Assembly: GCA_030609365.1 (NCBI GenBank)
Contig: JAUWCJ010000002.1
Location: forward strand, 41-64,040
Source of the DNA: Candidatus Eiseniibacteriota bacterium
Lineage (GTDB): Bacteria > Joyebacterota > Joyebacteria > Joyebacterales > Joyebacteraceae
Length of the DNA stretch: 64,000 bases
Reading direction: 5' to 3'
Below the pieces are notes generated by a model. The model saw only the letters and a program-made list of their open reading frames with translations. It ran no database searches and was not told the origin of the DNA. Positions 42,535 to 55,304 of this stretch are shown here, one piece after another. Position 1 is the first letter of the stretch; every line of letters begins with the position of its first letter. The position numbers were made by a program, and so were the translations under genes.

Positions 42535-44061
42535 TCACTTCTGGTGGAGCTGCCATCCTCCCCACGTCGCTCTGCCGGGCGGCTGCTTCCAGCCGCTCCG
42601 CCCGGAGCCGCCGGTCCCTGCGCCACCCACCGGCTTGTGAAGTGACCTCTCCGCATCTGCGACCAGCGCGGCGGCGACCGCTGCCACCTCAGGATCGGAC
42701 GGCTTCTTGCCGGCGTACGTCGGGAAGAACACGTCATCGACGAAGCCCGTGTCGAACTCACCGTTGCGGAACGCGTCGCTCTCCATCACGGCCTTGTGGA
42801 ACGGAATGGTCGTCCTTATGCCCTCGATGTCGTACTCGGACAGCGCGCGCTGCATGCGCTCGATGGCCTCTTCCCTGGTCTTGCCCCACGTGAGGAGCTT
42901 CGAGATGAGCGGATCGTAGTAGACGGGGACCTCGTAACCACCGTGTATGCCGCTCTCGACGCGCACGCCGGGACCGGACGGCTCCCGCAGGCGCTCGATG
43001 AGCCCGGTCGACGGGAAGAAGCTGTTCTCGGGATCCTCGGCGCATATCCGGCACTCGATGGCCGCGCCCCTGTTTGTGATGTCGAGCTGATTGAATGACA
43101 GCTTCTCGCCCGCCGCGACGCGCAGCTGCTCGCGGACGAGGTCTATGCCAGTCACGAGCTCGGTCACGGGGTGCTCGACCTGCAGCCTGGCGTTGACCTC
43201 CAGGAAGAAGAACTCTTTGCTTCCGTCGAGCAGGAACTCGACCGTTCCCGCGTTGACGTATCCGGACGCCCGCGTGGCCGCAACGGCCGCCTCCCCCATC
43301 TTCGCGCGAAGCGACGGCGTGAGCGCCACCGACGGCGATTCCTCGACGAGTTTCTGATGACGACGCTGGATCGAGCACTCGCGCTCGCCCAGGTGGACGA
43401 TGTTGCCGTGTGAATCGGCGATGATCTGGAACTCGACGTGGCGCGGGTTCTCGATGAGCTTCTCGAGGTAGATGCGGTCGTCTGCGAACGCCGACCCCGC
43501 CTCGGAGCGTGAGGCCTTCGCCGCGGATTCCAACCCGGCCTTCTCGCGGACGACGCGCATGCCCTTCCCACCGCCGCCGGCCGCGGCCTTCATCATGACG
43601 GGGAAACCGATGCGCTCGGCCTCGGCCTCTATCTCTGCCAGGTTAGAGAGCGGTCTGTCGCCGCCGGGAACCACCGGGATACCGGCGGCCACCATTGTCT
43701 TGCGCGCCTGCATCTTGTCGCCCACGAGCGAGATGGTCTCGCTCGAGGGTCCGATGAACGCGATCCCGGCCTTCTCGCACGCGGCCGCGAACCCCGCGTT
43801 CTCGGCGAGGAAGCCGTAGCCGGGATGGATGGCCTCCGCTCCGATCTTCGTCGCCAGCTCCACGATCGCATCTATCTTGAGGTAGCTCTCGCTCGGCAGC
43901 GGCGGGCCGATGAGGTAGGCCTCGTCGGCGTAGCGGACGTGCCTGCAGGTGCGGTCGACCTCGGAGTAGATGGCGGCCGAGGTAATACCCATCTCGCGCA
44001 GGGCCCTCACGACCCTGATGGCGATCTCGCCCCGGTTGGCTATGAGCACCTTCTTGAACAT
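42535..44061 (-). CDS. Biotin carboxylase subunit (set 2; propionyl-CoA carboxylase-type)
   Basis: ATG 44061 (MFKKVLIANRGEIAIRVVRA…); ATP-grasp. Confidence 0.9.
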   Translation of the reverse strand: MFKKVLIANRGEIAIRVVRALREMGITSAAIYSEVDRTCRHVRYADEAYLIGPPLPSESYLKIDAIVELATKIGAEAIHPGYGFLAENAGFAAACEKAGIAFIGPSSETISLVGDKMQARKTMVAAGIPVVPGGDRPLSNLAEIEAEAERIGFPVMMKAAAGGGGKGMRVVREKAGLESAAKASRSEAGSAFADDRIYLEKLIENPRHVEFQIIADSHGNIVHLGERECSIQRRHQKLVEESPSVALTPSLRAKMGEAAVAATRASGYVNAGTVEFLLDGSKEFFFLEVNARLQVEHPVTELVTGIDLVREQLRVAAGEKLSFNQLDITNRGAAIECRICAEDPENSFFPSTGLIERLREPSGPGVRVESGIHGGYEVPVYYDPLISKLLTWGKTREEAIERMQRALSEYDIEGIRTTIPFHKAVMESDAFRNGEFDTGFVDDVFFPTYAGKKPSDPEVAAVAAALVADAERSLHKPVGGAGTGGSGRSGWKQPPGRATWGGWQLHQK

Positions 44062-44332
44062 CGTGTCTCCGTGTCTCCTCAGGTTCGCGACCCACGGGGG
44101 CGTCCCCTTGGGCGGGGCGCTCCGCTCCATCACCTTCGTCGCGCCGGATTGGCGCGACTTGGTTCTGAGCCCGCCTGCGGGGACACCGCCGCGGGCCTCG
44201 GGTCAGGCGTCGGGCCGTGGGTCCGCCCGTAGGCGGCGTCGGAGCCACGATGCGACATCTCCGTCGCATCGTGAGTGACGCAAGCGAAGCGGGCCGCCCT
44301 CGGGCGCGCCCACGGCCCGACGTCCAGCCCGG

Positions 44333-45883
<1,551 letters not shown>

Positions 45884-45899
45884 GGCTTCGGTGGCCTCT

Positions 45900-46745
45900 C
45901 TAGTCTCTGAAGGCGAACCTGCCCTTCGCGTCCTGCTCAATGTGGCCGATGTTACCGGCGACGTCGTGGTCAAGAATGACGACCCAGTTCTCGGCGACGG
46001 CCTGCGTCAGCATCTTCTTCTTACTCTCGATCACATCGAGGGGAAACAGGTCTATGCCGGCGATGTACGGCACCCGGACATGATGTCTGGTAGGAATGAG
46101 ATCGGCCGGGTAGACGGCCTTGCCCGCGTCGGTCTCTATGTAGACCGCCATGTGGCCGGCCGTGTGTCCACCCGTGCGCCCGACACTCACGCCGTCGCCG
46201 AGCTCGTGCGAGTCGCCGACCAGGTCCAGAAGCCCGGCGCGCTCGAGCGGCATGAAATCGTCGGGTTTGTACGCGGCCGCGCTCCGTGCGTCGGGGTTGT
46301 TCGCGGCCTCCCATTCGGTCTCGTTCACGATGTAGCGCGCGTTCGGGAACGTCGGCTCGATGCCGTCCGCCCCGTCGCTCGTCGAGCCCGCGGCGTGGTC
46401 GGCGTGCAGGTGCGTGAGAATCACGGTGTCGATATCGGCGGGCTTGAGCCCCTCCCCCTCGAGCGCCGTGACGACCGTGACCGCCGGGTCGAAGCCCCAG
46501 ATCTGGAGGTCCTTCTTCGTGTGTCTGCTCCCGTATCCGACGTCAACGACGATGTTCCTCGAGCCCGCGCGAATGAGAAGCGGTGAGAGCGCGAGAATGA
46601 TGCGGTTGGACTCGTCGACCGGGGTCAGGTTGCCCCAGATGACCTTGGGAACGCCACCGAACATCGCTCCACCGTCGTAGGGGAACTGCCCCGCGTCGAG
46701 GCTCACAAGCTCCGTATCGTCCAGCATGGTTCTGACGTTCGCCAT
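45900..46745 (-). CDS. MBL-fold metallo-hydrolase
   Basis: 281 aa; [10 protein letters not shown] (HxHxDH) motif. Confidence 0.8.
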   Translation of the reverse strand: MANVRTMLDDTELVSLDAGQFPYDGGAMFGGVPKVIWGNLTPVDESNRIILALSPLLIRAGSRNIVVDVGYGSRHTKKDLQIWGFDPAVTVVTALEGEGLKPADIDTVILTHLHADHAAGSTSDGADGIEPTFPNARYIVNETEWEAANNPDARSAAAYKPDDFMPLERAGLLDLVGDSHELGDGVSVGRTGGHTAGHMAVYIETDAGKAVYPADLIPTRHHVRVPYIAGIDLFPLDVIESKKKMLTQAVAENWVVILDHDVAGNIGHIEQDAKGRFAFRD

Positions 46746-46815
46746 TGACTCCTCTTGCGTTCCGTCGGCCGTCCGACAGTGCGGCGACCGCGGCGGTATC
46801 CCGGTGGTCGCGACG

Positions 46816-47964
46816 CTACCCCTTCAGCTCGTGCCCCGCCACCACCAGCTTCTGGATCTCTGACGTGCCCTCGATGATCTCCATCACCCTCGCGTCGCGG
46901 AAGTAGCGCTCGACGGGGTGCAGCTCCCGCACCAGACCTGAGCCGCCGTGCACCTGCAGCGCCTTCGACGCCACGAACGAGGCGGTCTCGGACGCGAAGA
47001 GCTTCGCCATCGCGGCGAGTTCCGAGATCGGCTCCCCGCGATCCGCGGCGGAAGCCGCCTGATACGTCAGTGCGCGGGCCGCCTCGAGTCTCGTCGCCGA
47101 CTCGGCGACCATGAGCTGAACGGCCTGGAACTTCGCTATGGGACGCCCTCCCGTCACGCGTGTCGTGGCGTACGATCGCGCGGCTTCCAGCGCGGCCTGT
47201 CCGATACCGACCGCCATGGCCGCCGCGCCTATCCTCCCCACGTTCAACATGCTCATGGCCATCCTTAACCCTTCGCCCCTCTCACCGACGAGGCGCGACG
47301 CCGGGATGGACACGTCGCGGAAGACCATCCGTCCTACGGGGGCCGCGGTCAGCCCCATCTTGCCGTCGATCTGCGTGCACGTGAGGCCGGCAGCATCGGC
47401 ATCGACCAGAAGCGCGCTCACCTCGTCGCGCTGCCTCACCTTCCCGTCACGCTCTGTCTCTGTCACACCGGTCACGGCGAAGAGCACGATGAGATCGGCC
47501 ACCGGGCCGTTCGTGATGTACATCTTCGTGCCGTTGGCCGTGAACGCGTCTCCCGCAGGATCGGCCTTCGTCGGGACGGAAGGGTCTTCCTCGGTCAGGG
47601 CGAACGCCCCGACCTTGCTGGAAGCAAGACCGGGAAGCACCGCGTCCTTCATCTCGTCGGACGCGAACTCCGCAATGAGGGCAGCCACGAGCGAACTGTG
47701 GATGGACATGACGAGCGCGGTGCTCGCGTCACAGCGCGCCAGCTCTTCGACGGCCGTCGCGTGCTCGAGCGCGCTCAGACCCCGCCCGCCGTACTGCTCG
47801 GGCACGAGCAGTCCCATGAGCCCGGCCTTGAACATCGCCTCGATGACGGCGCGGTCGTAGGTGGCGGACCGGTCCATCTCGGCCGCTCGCGGGAGCACCT
47901 CGCGCTCAGCGAACTCACGCGCCCAGGCGCGGGTCTCTTTCTGCTGATCGTTCAAATCGAACAT
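46816..47964 (-). CDS. Acyl-CoA dehydrogenase
   Basis: 382 aa, ACAD fold, AGAGGGAA SD. Confidence 0.9.
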   Translation of the reverse strand: MFDLNDQQKETRAWAREFAEREVLPRAAEMDRSATYDRAVIEAMFKAGLMGLLVPEQYGGRGLSALEHATAVEELARCDASTALVMSIHSSLVAALIAEFASDEMKDAVLPGLASSKVGAFALTEEDPSVPTKADPAGDAFTANGTKMYITNGPVADLIVLFAVTGVTETERDGKVRQRDEVSALLVDADAAGLTCTQIDGKMGLTAAPVGRMVFRDVSIPASRLVGERGEGLRMAMSMLNVGRIGAAAMAVGIGQAALEAARSYATTRVTGGRPIAKFQAVQLMVAESATRLEAARALTYQAASAADRGEPISELAAMAKLFASETASFVASKALQVHGGSGLVRELHPVERYFRDARVMEIIEGTSEIQKLVVAGHELKG

Positions 47965-47993
47965 CGTTCCCTCTGGACATGAGGTTGGCTCCG

Positions 47994-48398
47994 CTAGCCG
48001 CGCTTCGTGGCGACGATCTCGCGGATGTATGCGGCGATCTCACGCGTGTCACTGCCGGGTCCGAAGAGCCTGTCGACGCCCATCTTCGCGAGTTCGGCCA
48101 TGTCCTCGGCCGGAATAACACCACCCCCGGTCACGACGACATCGTCCGCGCCCGCCTCCTTCAGGAGCTTGAGGACACGCGGGAACATCGTCATGTGCGC
48201 ACCGGAGAGGATGCTCAGCGCGACGACGTCGACGTCTTCCTGAATGGCGGCGTTGACTATCATCTCGGGCGTCTGGTGAAGGCCCGTATAGATGACCTCC
48301 ATGCCCGCGTCCCTGAGGGCGCTCGCGACCACCTTGGCGCCGCGGTCGTGGCCGTCAAGCCCGGGCTTCGCTACCAGAACACGGATTCGGTCTGCCAT
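47994..48398 (-). CDS. Cobalamin (B12)-binding small subunit of an acyl-CoA mutase
   Basis: 134 aa; DxHxxG motif ([13 protein letters not shown]) and a Rossmann-like B12-binding domain. Directly downstream of the mutase large subunit. Confidence 0.85.
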   Translation of the reverse strand: MADRIRVLVAKPGLDGHDRGAKVVASALRDAGMEVIYTGLHQTPEMIVNAAIQEDVDVVALSILSGAHMTMFPRVLKLLKEAGADDVVVTGGGVIPAEDMAELAKMGVDRLFGPGSDTREIAAYIREIVATKRG

Positions 48399-48480
48399 AC
48401 GTCTCTCGTCTCCTTGCGCTTGTTCGCGGAGGACTCAGGCGCCGCATCGATCGATAGGATCCTGCCTCCGGCACTGCCTT

Positions 48481-50157
48481 CTACCAATAGATGGGCGGTT
48501 CGCGGTACTCCCCGAACACCTCCCTCAACACGTCTATCATCTCGCCCTCGGTGGCATAAACGCGGCAGCAATCGATGAAGTGCGGCATGAGATTGTCGGT
48601 GCCCTCTGCCGCCGCGCGCAGACCTGCCAGCGCTGCCGTGACACCAGCATCGTCGCGGTCGCGCCTGACGTCACTCAGGACCTTCTTCTGCCGCACCTCA
48701 ACCTCGGGGCCGATCCTGAGAAGGTCTATCTTGATCTCCTCGCCCTCGTCGACGTAGTCGTTCACGCCGACGACGATCCTCTTCTTCTCTTCGATCTCGC
48801 GCTGATACCTGAAGGCGGCCCTCGCGATCTCGCGCTGGAAGAAACCCTTCTCGATCGCAGGGATGACGCCGCCCAGCTTCTCGATCTGCTCGAAGTACTC
48901 GCGGCAACCCTTCTCCATCTTGTCGGTCAGCGCCTCGACGTAGTAGGAACCTCCCAGCGGATCGATGACGTTCGCAACGCCGGATTCAAACGCGATGACC
49001 TGCTGAGTCCGGAGCGCTACGTGCACGGCCTCCTCCGACGGGAGCGCCAGTGTCTCGTCCATCGAGTTCGTGTGCAGGCTCTGCGTGCCGCCCATTACCG
49101 CCGCCAGGCCCTCGAGGGCGGTCCGGACCACGTTGTTGAACGGCTGCTGGGCCGTCAGACTGCACCCGGCGGTCTGCGTGTGGAACCGCATGAGCCATGA
49201 CTTCGGGTTCTTCGCGCCGTACTTCTCGCGCATGTCGGTCGCCCAGATGCGGCGCGCCGCGCGGAACTTCGCCACTTCCTCGAAGAAGTCCAAGTGCGAG
49301 TTGAAAAAATGCGAGAGCCTGGGCGCGAACTCGTCGACGTCCATGCCGGCCGCTATCCCCGCCTCCACGTACGCGAACCCGTCCGCGAGCGTGAACGCGA
49401 GTTCCTGCAGCGCGGTGGACCCGGCCTCGCGGATGTGATAGCCGCTGATGGAGATGGTGTTCCACTGCGGCACGTGCTCGGCACAGTAGGACATGATGTC
49501 GGTGATGATGCGCATCGATGGGTTCGGCGGGAAGATCCACGTCTTCTGAGCGATGTACTCCTTCAGGAGGTCGTTCTGAAGAGTCCCCCGGAGCGTCTCG
49601 GACGGCACGCCCTGTTTCTCGCCCACGCAGATGTACATCGCGAGCAGCACGGCCGCCGGCGCGTTGATGGTCATCGACGTGCTGACCTTGTCCAGCGGGA
49701 TGCCGTCGAACAGGGTCTCCATGTCGCGGAGCGAGTCGATGGCCACGCCGCACACTCCGACCTCGCCCTCGGCGCGCTCGTGGTCCGAGTCGTACCCCAT
49801 GATGGTCGGGAGATCGAACGCTACCGACAGACCCGTCTGTCCATGGTCAAGCAGGAATTTATTCCGCCGGTTCGAATCCTCGGGCGTGCCGAAGCCGGAG
49901 AACTGCCGCATCGTCCACAGACGCCCCCGGTACATGTTGCTCCGCACGCCGCGCGTGTAGGGAAACTCGCCCGGGAAGCTGAGGTCGCGCTCGTAGTCCA
50001 GGTCGGCGATGTCCTCGGGCGTGTAAAGGAGATCGACCTCCTCACCCGAGATGGAGGTGAAGAGAGCGTCGCGCTGCCTGGCGGACGAGGACACCTTCTC
50101 GTCCCAGGCCCTCCGGGCATCCGTTGCCGTGGCGCCCTTCTTCTTTGCATCAGTCAT
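48481..50157 (-). CDS. Acyl-CoA mutase large (catalytic) subunit, paralog 2 (methylmalonyl-/isobutyryl-CoA mutase family)
   Basis: ATG 50157 ([21 protein letters not shown]…) with GGAGG 5 nt upstream; 558 aa, roughly 55-60% identical to 40188..41870. Confidence 0.85.
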   Translation of the reverse strand: MTDAKKKGATATDARRAWDEKVSSSARQRDALFTSISGEEVDLLYTPEDIADLDYERDLSFPGEFPYTRGVRSNMYRGRLWTMRQFSGFGTPEDSNRRNKFLLDHGQTGLSVAFDLPTIMGYDSDHERAEGEVGVCGVAIDSLRDMETLFDGIPLDKVSTSMTINAPAAVLLAMYICVGEKQGVPSETLRGTLQNDLLKEYIAQKTWIFPPNPSMRIITDIMSYCAEHVPQWNTISISGYHIREAGSTALQELAFTLADGFAYVEAGIAAGMDVDEFAPRLSHFFNSHLDFFEEVAKFRAARRIWATDMREKYGAKNPKSWLMRFHTQTAGCSLTAQQPFNNVVRTALEGLAAVMGGTQSLHTNSMDETLALPSEEAVHVALRTQQVIAFESGVANVIDPLGGSYYVEALTDKMEKGCREYFEQIEKLGGVIPAIEKGFFQREIARAAFRYQREIEEKKRIVVGVNDYVDEGEEIKIDLLRIGPEVEVRQKKVLSDVRRDRDDAGVTAALAGLRAAAEGTDNLMPHFIDCCRVYATEGEMIDVLREVFGEYREPPIYW

Positions 50158-52132
50158 CACTGCCTCCGATGAGCGCGAGCACCTGCGCCCGCATCTGCCC
50201 AGAGGTGAAGTGTATCGTCGACATGGCACCGGACGGGCAGGCCGCCCCGCAGGTCCCACACCCTTTGCACAGTGCCTCGTTGACGCGCGAGACCTTGTCC
50301 TTCTCGTCGTATGTGATGGCCTCGTACGGACAGACGCTCACGCAGATCCTGCACCCGGAGCACATGTCCTCGTCGACCTTCGCGGATATCGCCTCCATCC
50401 GGACCGTGCCTCGCGCCATGGGGGCGATCGCCGACGACGACGCGGCCTTGGCCTGCGCTACTGCGTCCGGAATATCCTTGGGGCCCTGGCAGCACCCGGC
50501 AACGAAAACGCCCTCGACGGCCGTGTCGACAGGACGAAGCTTCGGGTGCGCCTCCATGAGGAACCGGTCGGATGACTTCGAGAGTTTGAGAAAAGAAGCG
50601 ACGCCGTCGGTCTCCGGCCGCGGCACGAGCCCCACGGCAAGAACGACCATGTCGGCCTCGATCTCGACCGGTTCGCCCATGAGCGTGTCGTCGCCCCGAA
50701 CGATCAGCCGACCCTTTCGCCTGTAGATCTCCGAGACGCTTCCGCGCCGGTAGATGACCCTCTCTTTGCGGACCCGGTCGTAGAACTCCTCGAAGCCCTT
50801 GCCGAAGGCCCGGATGTCCGTGTAGAAAACGGTGATCTCGGCGTCGGGGAGTTTCTCCCTGACCAGATGAGCCTGCTTCGCGGTGTACATGCAGCAGACG
50901 CGTGAGCAGTACTCGTTGCCGACTGTCGCGTCCCTGGAGCCTACGCACTGAAGGAACACCACCGACTTCGGCGCCTCACGGTCAGAGAACCTGACCAGCT
51001 CGCCGCCGGTCGGCCCCCCGGCGCTGACCAACCGCTCGAACTCCAGCGACGTGAGTATGTCGTCGTATCTTCCGTACCCCAGCGCGCCGATCTCGGTCGC
51101 GTCGAATATGTCCATCCCTGTCGCAACAATGATGGTCCCGACCTTGATCTCGACCACCTCATCCTTCGCGTCGTAGTCGATGCACTGCTTGTCGCAGGCC
51201 TCGAGACACTTGCCGCACGCGATGGGGTTGGTCCCCAGGCACTCATCCATGTTGAGAACGTAGGCCGCCGGCACGGCCTGTGGGAACGACTGGTAGATCG
51301 CCTTCCTCGTGGCCAGACCCTCGTCGAACTCGTTGGGTACCGCCACGGGACACACATCAACACAGTCACCGCACGCGGTACATTCGTCCACGTCGACGTA
51401 CCGCGCTCTCTTCCGAATGGTGACAGTGAAACTTCCCACGTAGCCCGAGATGTCCTCGATATCACTGTAGGTCATCAGGTTGATGTTCGGGTGACGGGAG
51501 ACGTCGACCATCTTCGGCGTCAGGATGCACGCCGAGCAGTCGAGCGTGGGGAACGTCTTGTCGAGCTGCGCCATGCGCCCACCAATGGACGGCTCCTTCT
51601 CGACCAGGTGCACCTTGAATCCGGCCTCGGCGATATCGAGCGCAGCCTGTATGCCGGCGATGCCGCCGCCTATGACCAGCGCCTCCGGAGTCACGTCGAT
51701 CTCACGTTCGGTGAGACCCTCCAGGTACCCCGCCCTCGCCACCGCGGAACGCATCAGGTCGATGGCCTTCTCGGTCCCGGCCTCTTTGTCGTCGTGAATC
51801 CACGAGCACTGCTCCCGTATGTTCGCCATCTCAAACATGTAGGGATTCACGCCGGCGGAGACCAGTGCGGCTCGGAACGTCGGCTCATGCATCCTCGGCG
51901 AACACGCTGCGACGACGACGCCCGTGAGGTCGTGCTCCTTGATGTCCGCGCAGATGAGATTCTGCCCGGGGTCGGAGCACATGTACGGGTAGGTCTTGGC
52001 GAGTGCGACGCCGGGGAGCGTTGCGGCCACCTCGGCCACCCTCTCGACATCGACGGTGTGCGAGATGTTGACCCCGCAATGACAGACGTAGACGCCGAGT
52101 CTCTGCTCGCGCGATGTGCTCTTCTCCGCCAC
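50150..52132 (-). CDS. hdrA: Heterodisulfide reductase subunit A (HdrA)-like FAD/Fe-S flavoprotein
   Basis: 660 aa, GTG start with GGAGGAA upstream. N-terminal 4-Cys cluster ([10 protein letters not shown]), FAD motif [16 protein letters not shown], inserted ferredoxin domains ([12 protein letters not shown]; CGKCLEACD) and a C-terminal 2x[4Fe-4S] ([12 protein letters not shown]…[12 protein letters not shown]). Confidence 0.8.
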   Translation of the reverse strand: MAEKSTSREQRLGVYVCHCGVNISHTVDVERVAEVAATLPGVALAKTYPYMCSDPGQNLICADIKEHDLTGVVVAACSPRMHEPTFRAALVSAGVNPYMFEMANIREQCSWIHDDKEAGTEKAIDLMRSAVARAGYLEGLTEREIDVTPEALVIGGGIAGIQAALDIAEAGFKVHLVEKEPSIGGRMAQLDKTFPTLDCSACILTPKMVDVSRHPNINLMTYSDIEDISGYVGSFTVTIRKRARYVDVDECTACGDCVDVCPVAVPNEFDEGLATRKAIYQSFPQAVPAAYVLNMDECLGTNPIACGKCLEACDKQCIDYDAKDEVVEIKVGTIIVATGMDIFDATEIGALGYGRYDDILTSLEFERLVSAGGPTGGELVRFSDREAPKSVVFLQCVGSRDATVGNEYCSRVCCMYTAKQAHLVREKLPDAEITVFYTDIRAFGKGFEEFYDRVRKERVIYRRGSVSEIYRRKGRLIVRGDDTLMGEPVEIEADMVVLAVGLVPRPETDGVASFLKLSKSSDRFLMEAHPKLRPVDTAVEGVFVAGCCQGPKDIPDAVAQAKAASSSAIAPMARGTVRMEAISAKVDEDMCSGCRICVSVCPYEAITYDEKDKVSRVNEALCKGCGTCGAACPSGAMSTIHFTSGQMRAQVLALIGGSDD

Positions 52133-52171
52133 GCATTTCCTCCGGTTCGTGCCGTCTCTGAAGGCCTGCGC

Positions 52172-53146
52172 CTAAGCGCGTGCCTCCGCTATCTTCTCCT
52201 TGAGCGCCGGGACGATCTTGAACAGGTCTCCGACGATGCCGTAGTCGGCCTCTGAGAAGATGGGGGCCTTGGGATCCTTGTTTATGGCGACGATGGTCTC
52301 GGCCGCCTTCATTCCGCTCATGTGCTGGAACTGCCCGCTGATGCCGATCGCGACGTAGAGCTTCGGCTTCACGGTCTTGCCCGAAGACCCGACCTGCCGG
52401 TCCTTCGGGAGCCACCCGGCGTCCACAACGGGTCGCGAGCAACCGACGACTCCGCCCAGGAGACCAGCGAGCTCCTCGACGAGCGCCAGGTTCTCTTCCT
52501 CCTTGATGCCACGCCCCACGGCAATGATGACGTCGGACTTCGTGATGTCCACGTCACCGATGGCGGCCTCCACGTACTGGACAAACCTGCGGAAAGCGGG
52601 CTCGTCGGACACGGGCGTATCGAGTTCGGTCACGCTACCGCTCCGTGCGCCGTCCTCGACCGGGAACGCCGCGGCGCGCACGGTCACGAGGGCGGTTGCC
52701 GAGTCGCGGAAGCTCAACCGCGCGTCGACCTTGCCACCGTAGATCTGCCTGGTAACGGAGACGGCGCCTCCGTCCAGGACGACATCGATGCAGTCGCTCG
52801 CGAGCGGAAGCCCTAGGGCGACGGCGAGGCTCGGCGCCAGGTCGACGCCGAACGCCGTGTGGCCGACCATGACGAGCGAAGGCTCACGCGACTTCACGAC
52901 CTCAGCTATGACCGGCTGGTAGACGGCCGAGTTGAAATCGGTGAGGTTGCCGTGATCGACGACCAGGACCTCGTCCGCGTAGCTCGTGAGCCTGCTCGCC
53001 ATGTCCCTCACTCCCGCGCCCAGCAGCAGCGCGGTCACCGCCCCACCCGAGGCCCCGGCCAGCGCTCCGGCCTTGCCCAGCATCTCGAAGGTGACGTCCC
53101 TGAGTTCGCCTCCTCTGTGTTCCGCAAGAACAAGAATCTCGTTCAT
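52172..53146 (-). CDS. etfA: Electron transfer flavoprotein alpha subunit (EtfA/FixB)
   Basis: 324 aa; C-terminal FAD-binding block …AIGISGQFQHMSGMKAAETIVAINKD…. Confidence 0.9.
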   Translation of the reverse strand: MNEILVLAEHRGGELRDVTFEMLGKAGALAGASGGAVTALLLGAGVRDMASRLTSYADEVLVVDHGNLTDFNSAVYQPVIAEVVKSREPSLVMVGHTAFGVDLAPSLAVALGLPLASDCIDVVLDGGAVSVTRQIYGGKVDARLSFRDSATALVTVRAAAFPVEDGARSGSVTELDTPVSDEPAFRRFVQYVEAAIGDVDITKSDVIIAVGRGIKEEENLALVEELAGLLGGVVGCSRPVVDAGWLPKDRQVGSSGKTVKPKLYVAIGISGQFQHMSGMKAAETIVAINKDPKAPIFSEADYGIVGDLFKIVPALKEKIAEARA

Positions 53147-53935
53147 CTAGACGAACCCTTTCTCCTTCAGAATGTCGGCGAGTTTCCCGGACGCCTCAGA
53201 CGGCGTTCCCTCGAGGATATCCGCGCCCTCACCCACGGGCGGGAACGTAAGCTCCTCGAGCACGGTCCCGGACCCGGCAGCACCGACGGACGACGCATCG
53301 AGACCCATGTCTCCCGCGCTCTTCAGTTCTATCTCTCGTTTCGAGGCCCTGGCGATACCCATGATGGACGCGTAGCGCGGCTCGTTGATGCCGGTCTGGA
53401 TACCCAGCACACACGGCAGCTTGATGGTCAGCTTCTCTATGAGTCCGCCCTCGAGCTCGCGCCCGACCGTCACCTCTCCACTCCCGACCTCGACCTCCGT
53501 AACGTACGTCGCGTGCGGGATGTCCAGAAGCTCGGCCAGGGCGACGCCAACCTGCGTCGCGCCGTCGTCCGAGGCCATGCAGCCCGTGAGGACCAGGTCG
53601 TACTCCACGTCCTTGAGGGCCGCCGCAAGCGCCGTCGCGGTCGCGATGGCGTCGCCGCCGTCGAACGCCGGATCGGCGACACGGACCGCGGTCCCCGCGC
53701 CCTTGGCCATGCTCATGCGGAGGACCTCCTCCGACGACTCGTGGCCGAGGGTCATGATGGTGATGTCACCATCGTGCTCCTCCGTAATGAGGAGCGCCTC
53801 CTCGAGGGCGTAGTTGTCCGACTCGTTTATCTGAAGAGCCAGGCCCTCCTCGACGATGCCCTTCCCGCCGGCCGCGATCTTGAGATCAGCCTCGGCCGTC
53901 TCGGGCACTTGCTTCACACAGACAACGATGTTCAT
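53147..53935 (-). CDS. etfB: Electron transfer flavoprotein beta subunit (EtfB/FixA)
   Basis: ATG 53935 (MNIVVCVKQVPE…) with GGAGAGAG upstream. The ORF-track 5' extension translates a tandem DNA repeat as 'ARRSRV' x4 and is judged non-coding. Confidence 0.85.
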   Translation of the reverse strand: MNIVVCVKQVPETAEADLKIAAGGKGIVEEGLALQINESDNYALEEALLITEEHDGDITIMTLGHESSEEVLRMSMAKGAGTAVRVADPAFDGGDAIATATALAAALKDVEYDLVLTGCMASDDGATQVGVALAELLDIPHATYVTEVEVGSGEVTVGRELEGGLIEKLTIKLPCVLGIQTGINEPRYASIMGIARASKREIELKSAGDMGLDASSVGAAGSGTVLEELTFPPVGEGADILEGTPSEASGKLADILKEKGFV

Positions 53936-53997
53936 GTCTTGGTCTCTCTCCATTACTTCGGTTGCGCGCCTGACCGTGGTCTCCGTCGTGCGCGGCG

Positions 53998-54081
53998 GTG
54001 CCACCCGGGCCCGCCGTGCCACCCGGGATTGTCGTGCCACCCGGGATCGTCGTGCCACCCGGGATCGTCGTGCCACCCGGC
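53998..54081. repeat. Tandem repeat, 18-nt unit GTGCCACCCGGGATCGTC x ~4.7, in the HdrD-like to etfB intergenic leader
   Basis: Copies begin at 53998, 54016, 54034, 54052 and 54070. Each carries the CCCGGG palindrome. Located between the stop at 54086 and the etfB ATG at 53935. Confidence 0.8.
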
Positions 54082-54085
54082 TACG

Positions 54086-55210
54086 CTACAGCGCCATCGC
54101 CGCTAGTTCGGCGAGATCGATTATCTCTATTTTCCCCTCGTTGCCGCTGGTCTTGACCGCATCCTCGAGCGTCATGAGGCAGAACGGACAGGCGGTAACA
54201 AGGTAGTCCGCGCCCAGCTCGACCGCGTCCTTGACGCGGGTCTCTGCCAGCCGTTCTCCCCGCTCCTCCGTCGCCTCCAGCCACATGCGACCGCCGCCAC
54301 CCTCGCAGCAGAGCGCACGCTCACGCGAGCGGTCCATCTCCTCGAACGTCACGCCCGGGATCTGCTCGAGCACCTCACGCGGTTCATCGTAGATGCCGTT
54401 GTGCTTACCCAGGAAGCACGCGTCGTGGAAGGTCACCTTCTTTTCAACTTTCCCCTTGAACGTCAGTTTCCCGGCCTCCAGAAGTGAGGCGAGAAGCTGC
54501 GAGTAGTGAACGACGTCCGGCGTCGGCTCACCGTACTCGTTCTTGAACGTGTTCATGCAGTGCGGTGACGCCGTGACGATCGTGCCGACCTCGTGACCGC
54601 CGAACAGTTCCCGATTCCCCTCGACCAGCATCTCGAAGAGACCGTCCTCTCCCATCCGCCGGATCTCGTTCCCGCAGCACGACTCATCGGTTCCCAGCGT
54701 CGAGTACTCGACGCCCGCGGCGGCAAAGAGCGCGACCAGCGCCTTCGCAATGGACTGCGCCCTCGGATCGTAGGCCGGTGTGCAGCCGACGTAGAACAGA
54801 AACGGCACGGCCTCGCCCTCTGCGGCGACGGGCACGGAAAGCTCGTCCGCCCACTCCGTACGCTTGTCGCGTATCCGCCCCCAGGGGTTGCCGTGCTTGA
54901 ACGTGCTCTCGAGCGCGTCACGGATCGTCGGCTCGATCCGCCCCTTCTCAATGGCCGCCGAGCGGAGGCCGATGATGAGCTCCATCGGCTTCACCCCCTT
55001 CGGACAACGCTCCGTACAGTTCGAGCACGTCGTGCAGTTCCACGCCTCCGGGCGTCCCTTGGCATCCGTTGGACCGACGCCGGTCATGCCGTCGTACACC
55101 ACCCTGCGCACGTTCAGGTACGTCCGCATGGAAACGGGACAGCCGGCCGTGCAGCGTCCGCACTGGATGCACCCGAGGAGTTCGTACTTCTCCTGCAGTG
55201 AAACAGCCAT
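54086..55210 (-). CDS. HdrD/GlcF/LutA-like soluble Fe-S oxidoreductase (two 4Fe-4S motifs plus two CCG domains)
   Basis: ATG 55210 (MAVSLQEKYELLGCIQCGRCTAGCP…). Second ferredoxin motif CTTCSNCTERCP. CCG domains (…SCCG…, …PHC…, …LCCEGGGG…, …TACPFC…). No TM segments. Confidence 0.8.
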   Translation of the reverse strand: MAVSLQEKYELLGCIQCGRCTAGCPVSMRTYLNVRRVVYDGMTGVGPTDAKGRPEAWNCTTCSNCTERCPKGVKPMELIIGLRSAAIEKGRIEPTIRDALESTFKHGNPWGRIRDKRTEWADELSVPVAAEGEAVPFLFYVGCTPAYDPRAQSIAKALVALFAAAGVEYSTLGTDESCCGNEIRRMGEDGLFEMLVEGNRELFGGHEVGTIVTASPHCMNTFKNEYGEPTPDVVHYSQLLASLLEAGKLTFKGKVEKKVTFHDACFLGKHNGIYDEPREVLEQIPGVTFEEMDRSRERALCCEGGGGRMWLEATEERGERLAETRVKDAVELGADYLVTACPFCLMTLEDAVKTSGNEGKIEIIDLAELAAMAL

Positions 55211-55304
55211 GCTAGTTTCTTCTCCCGTCCGACCCACTCGGGGCGCCGCCTCACACCACGCCTTCCGGCTGGCGCCCGTCCGTAATCTCGTGCCTCGCTG
55301 CGGC

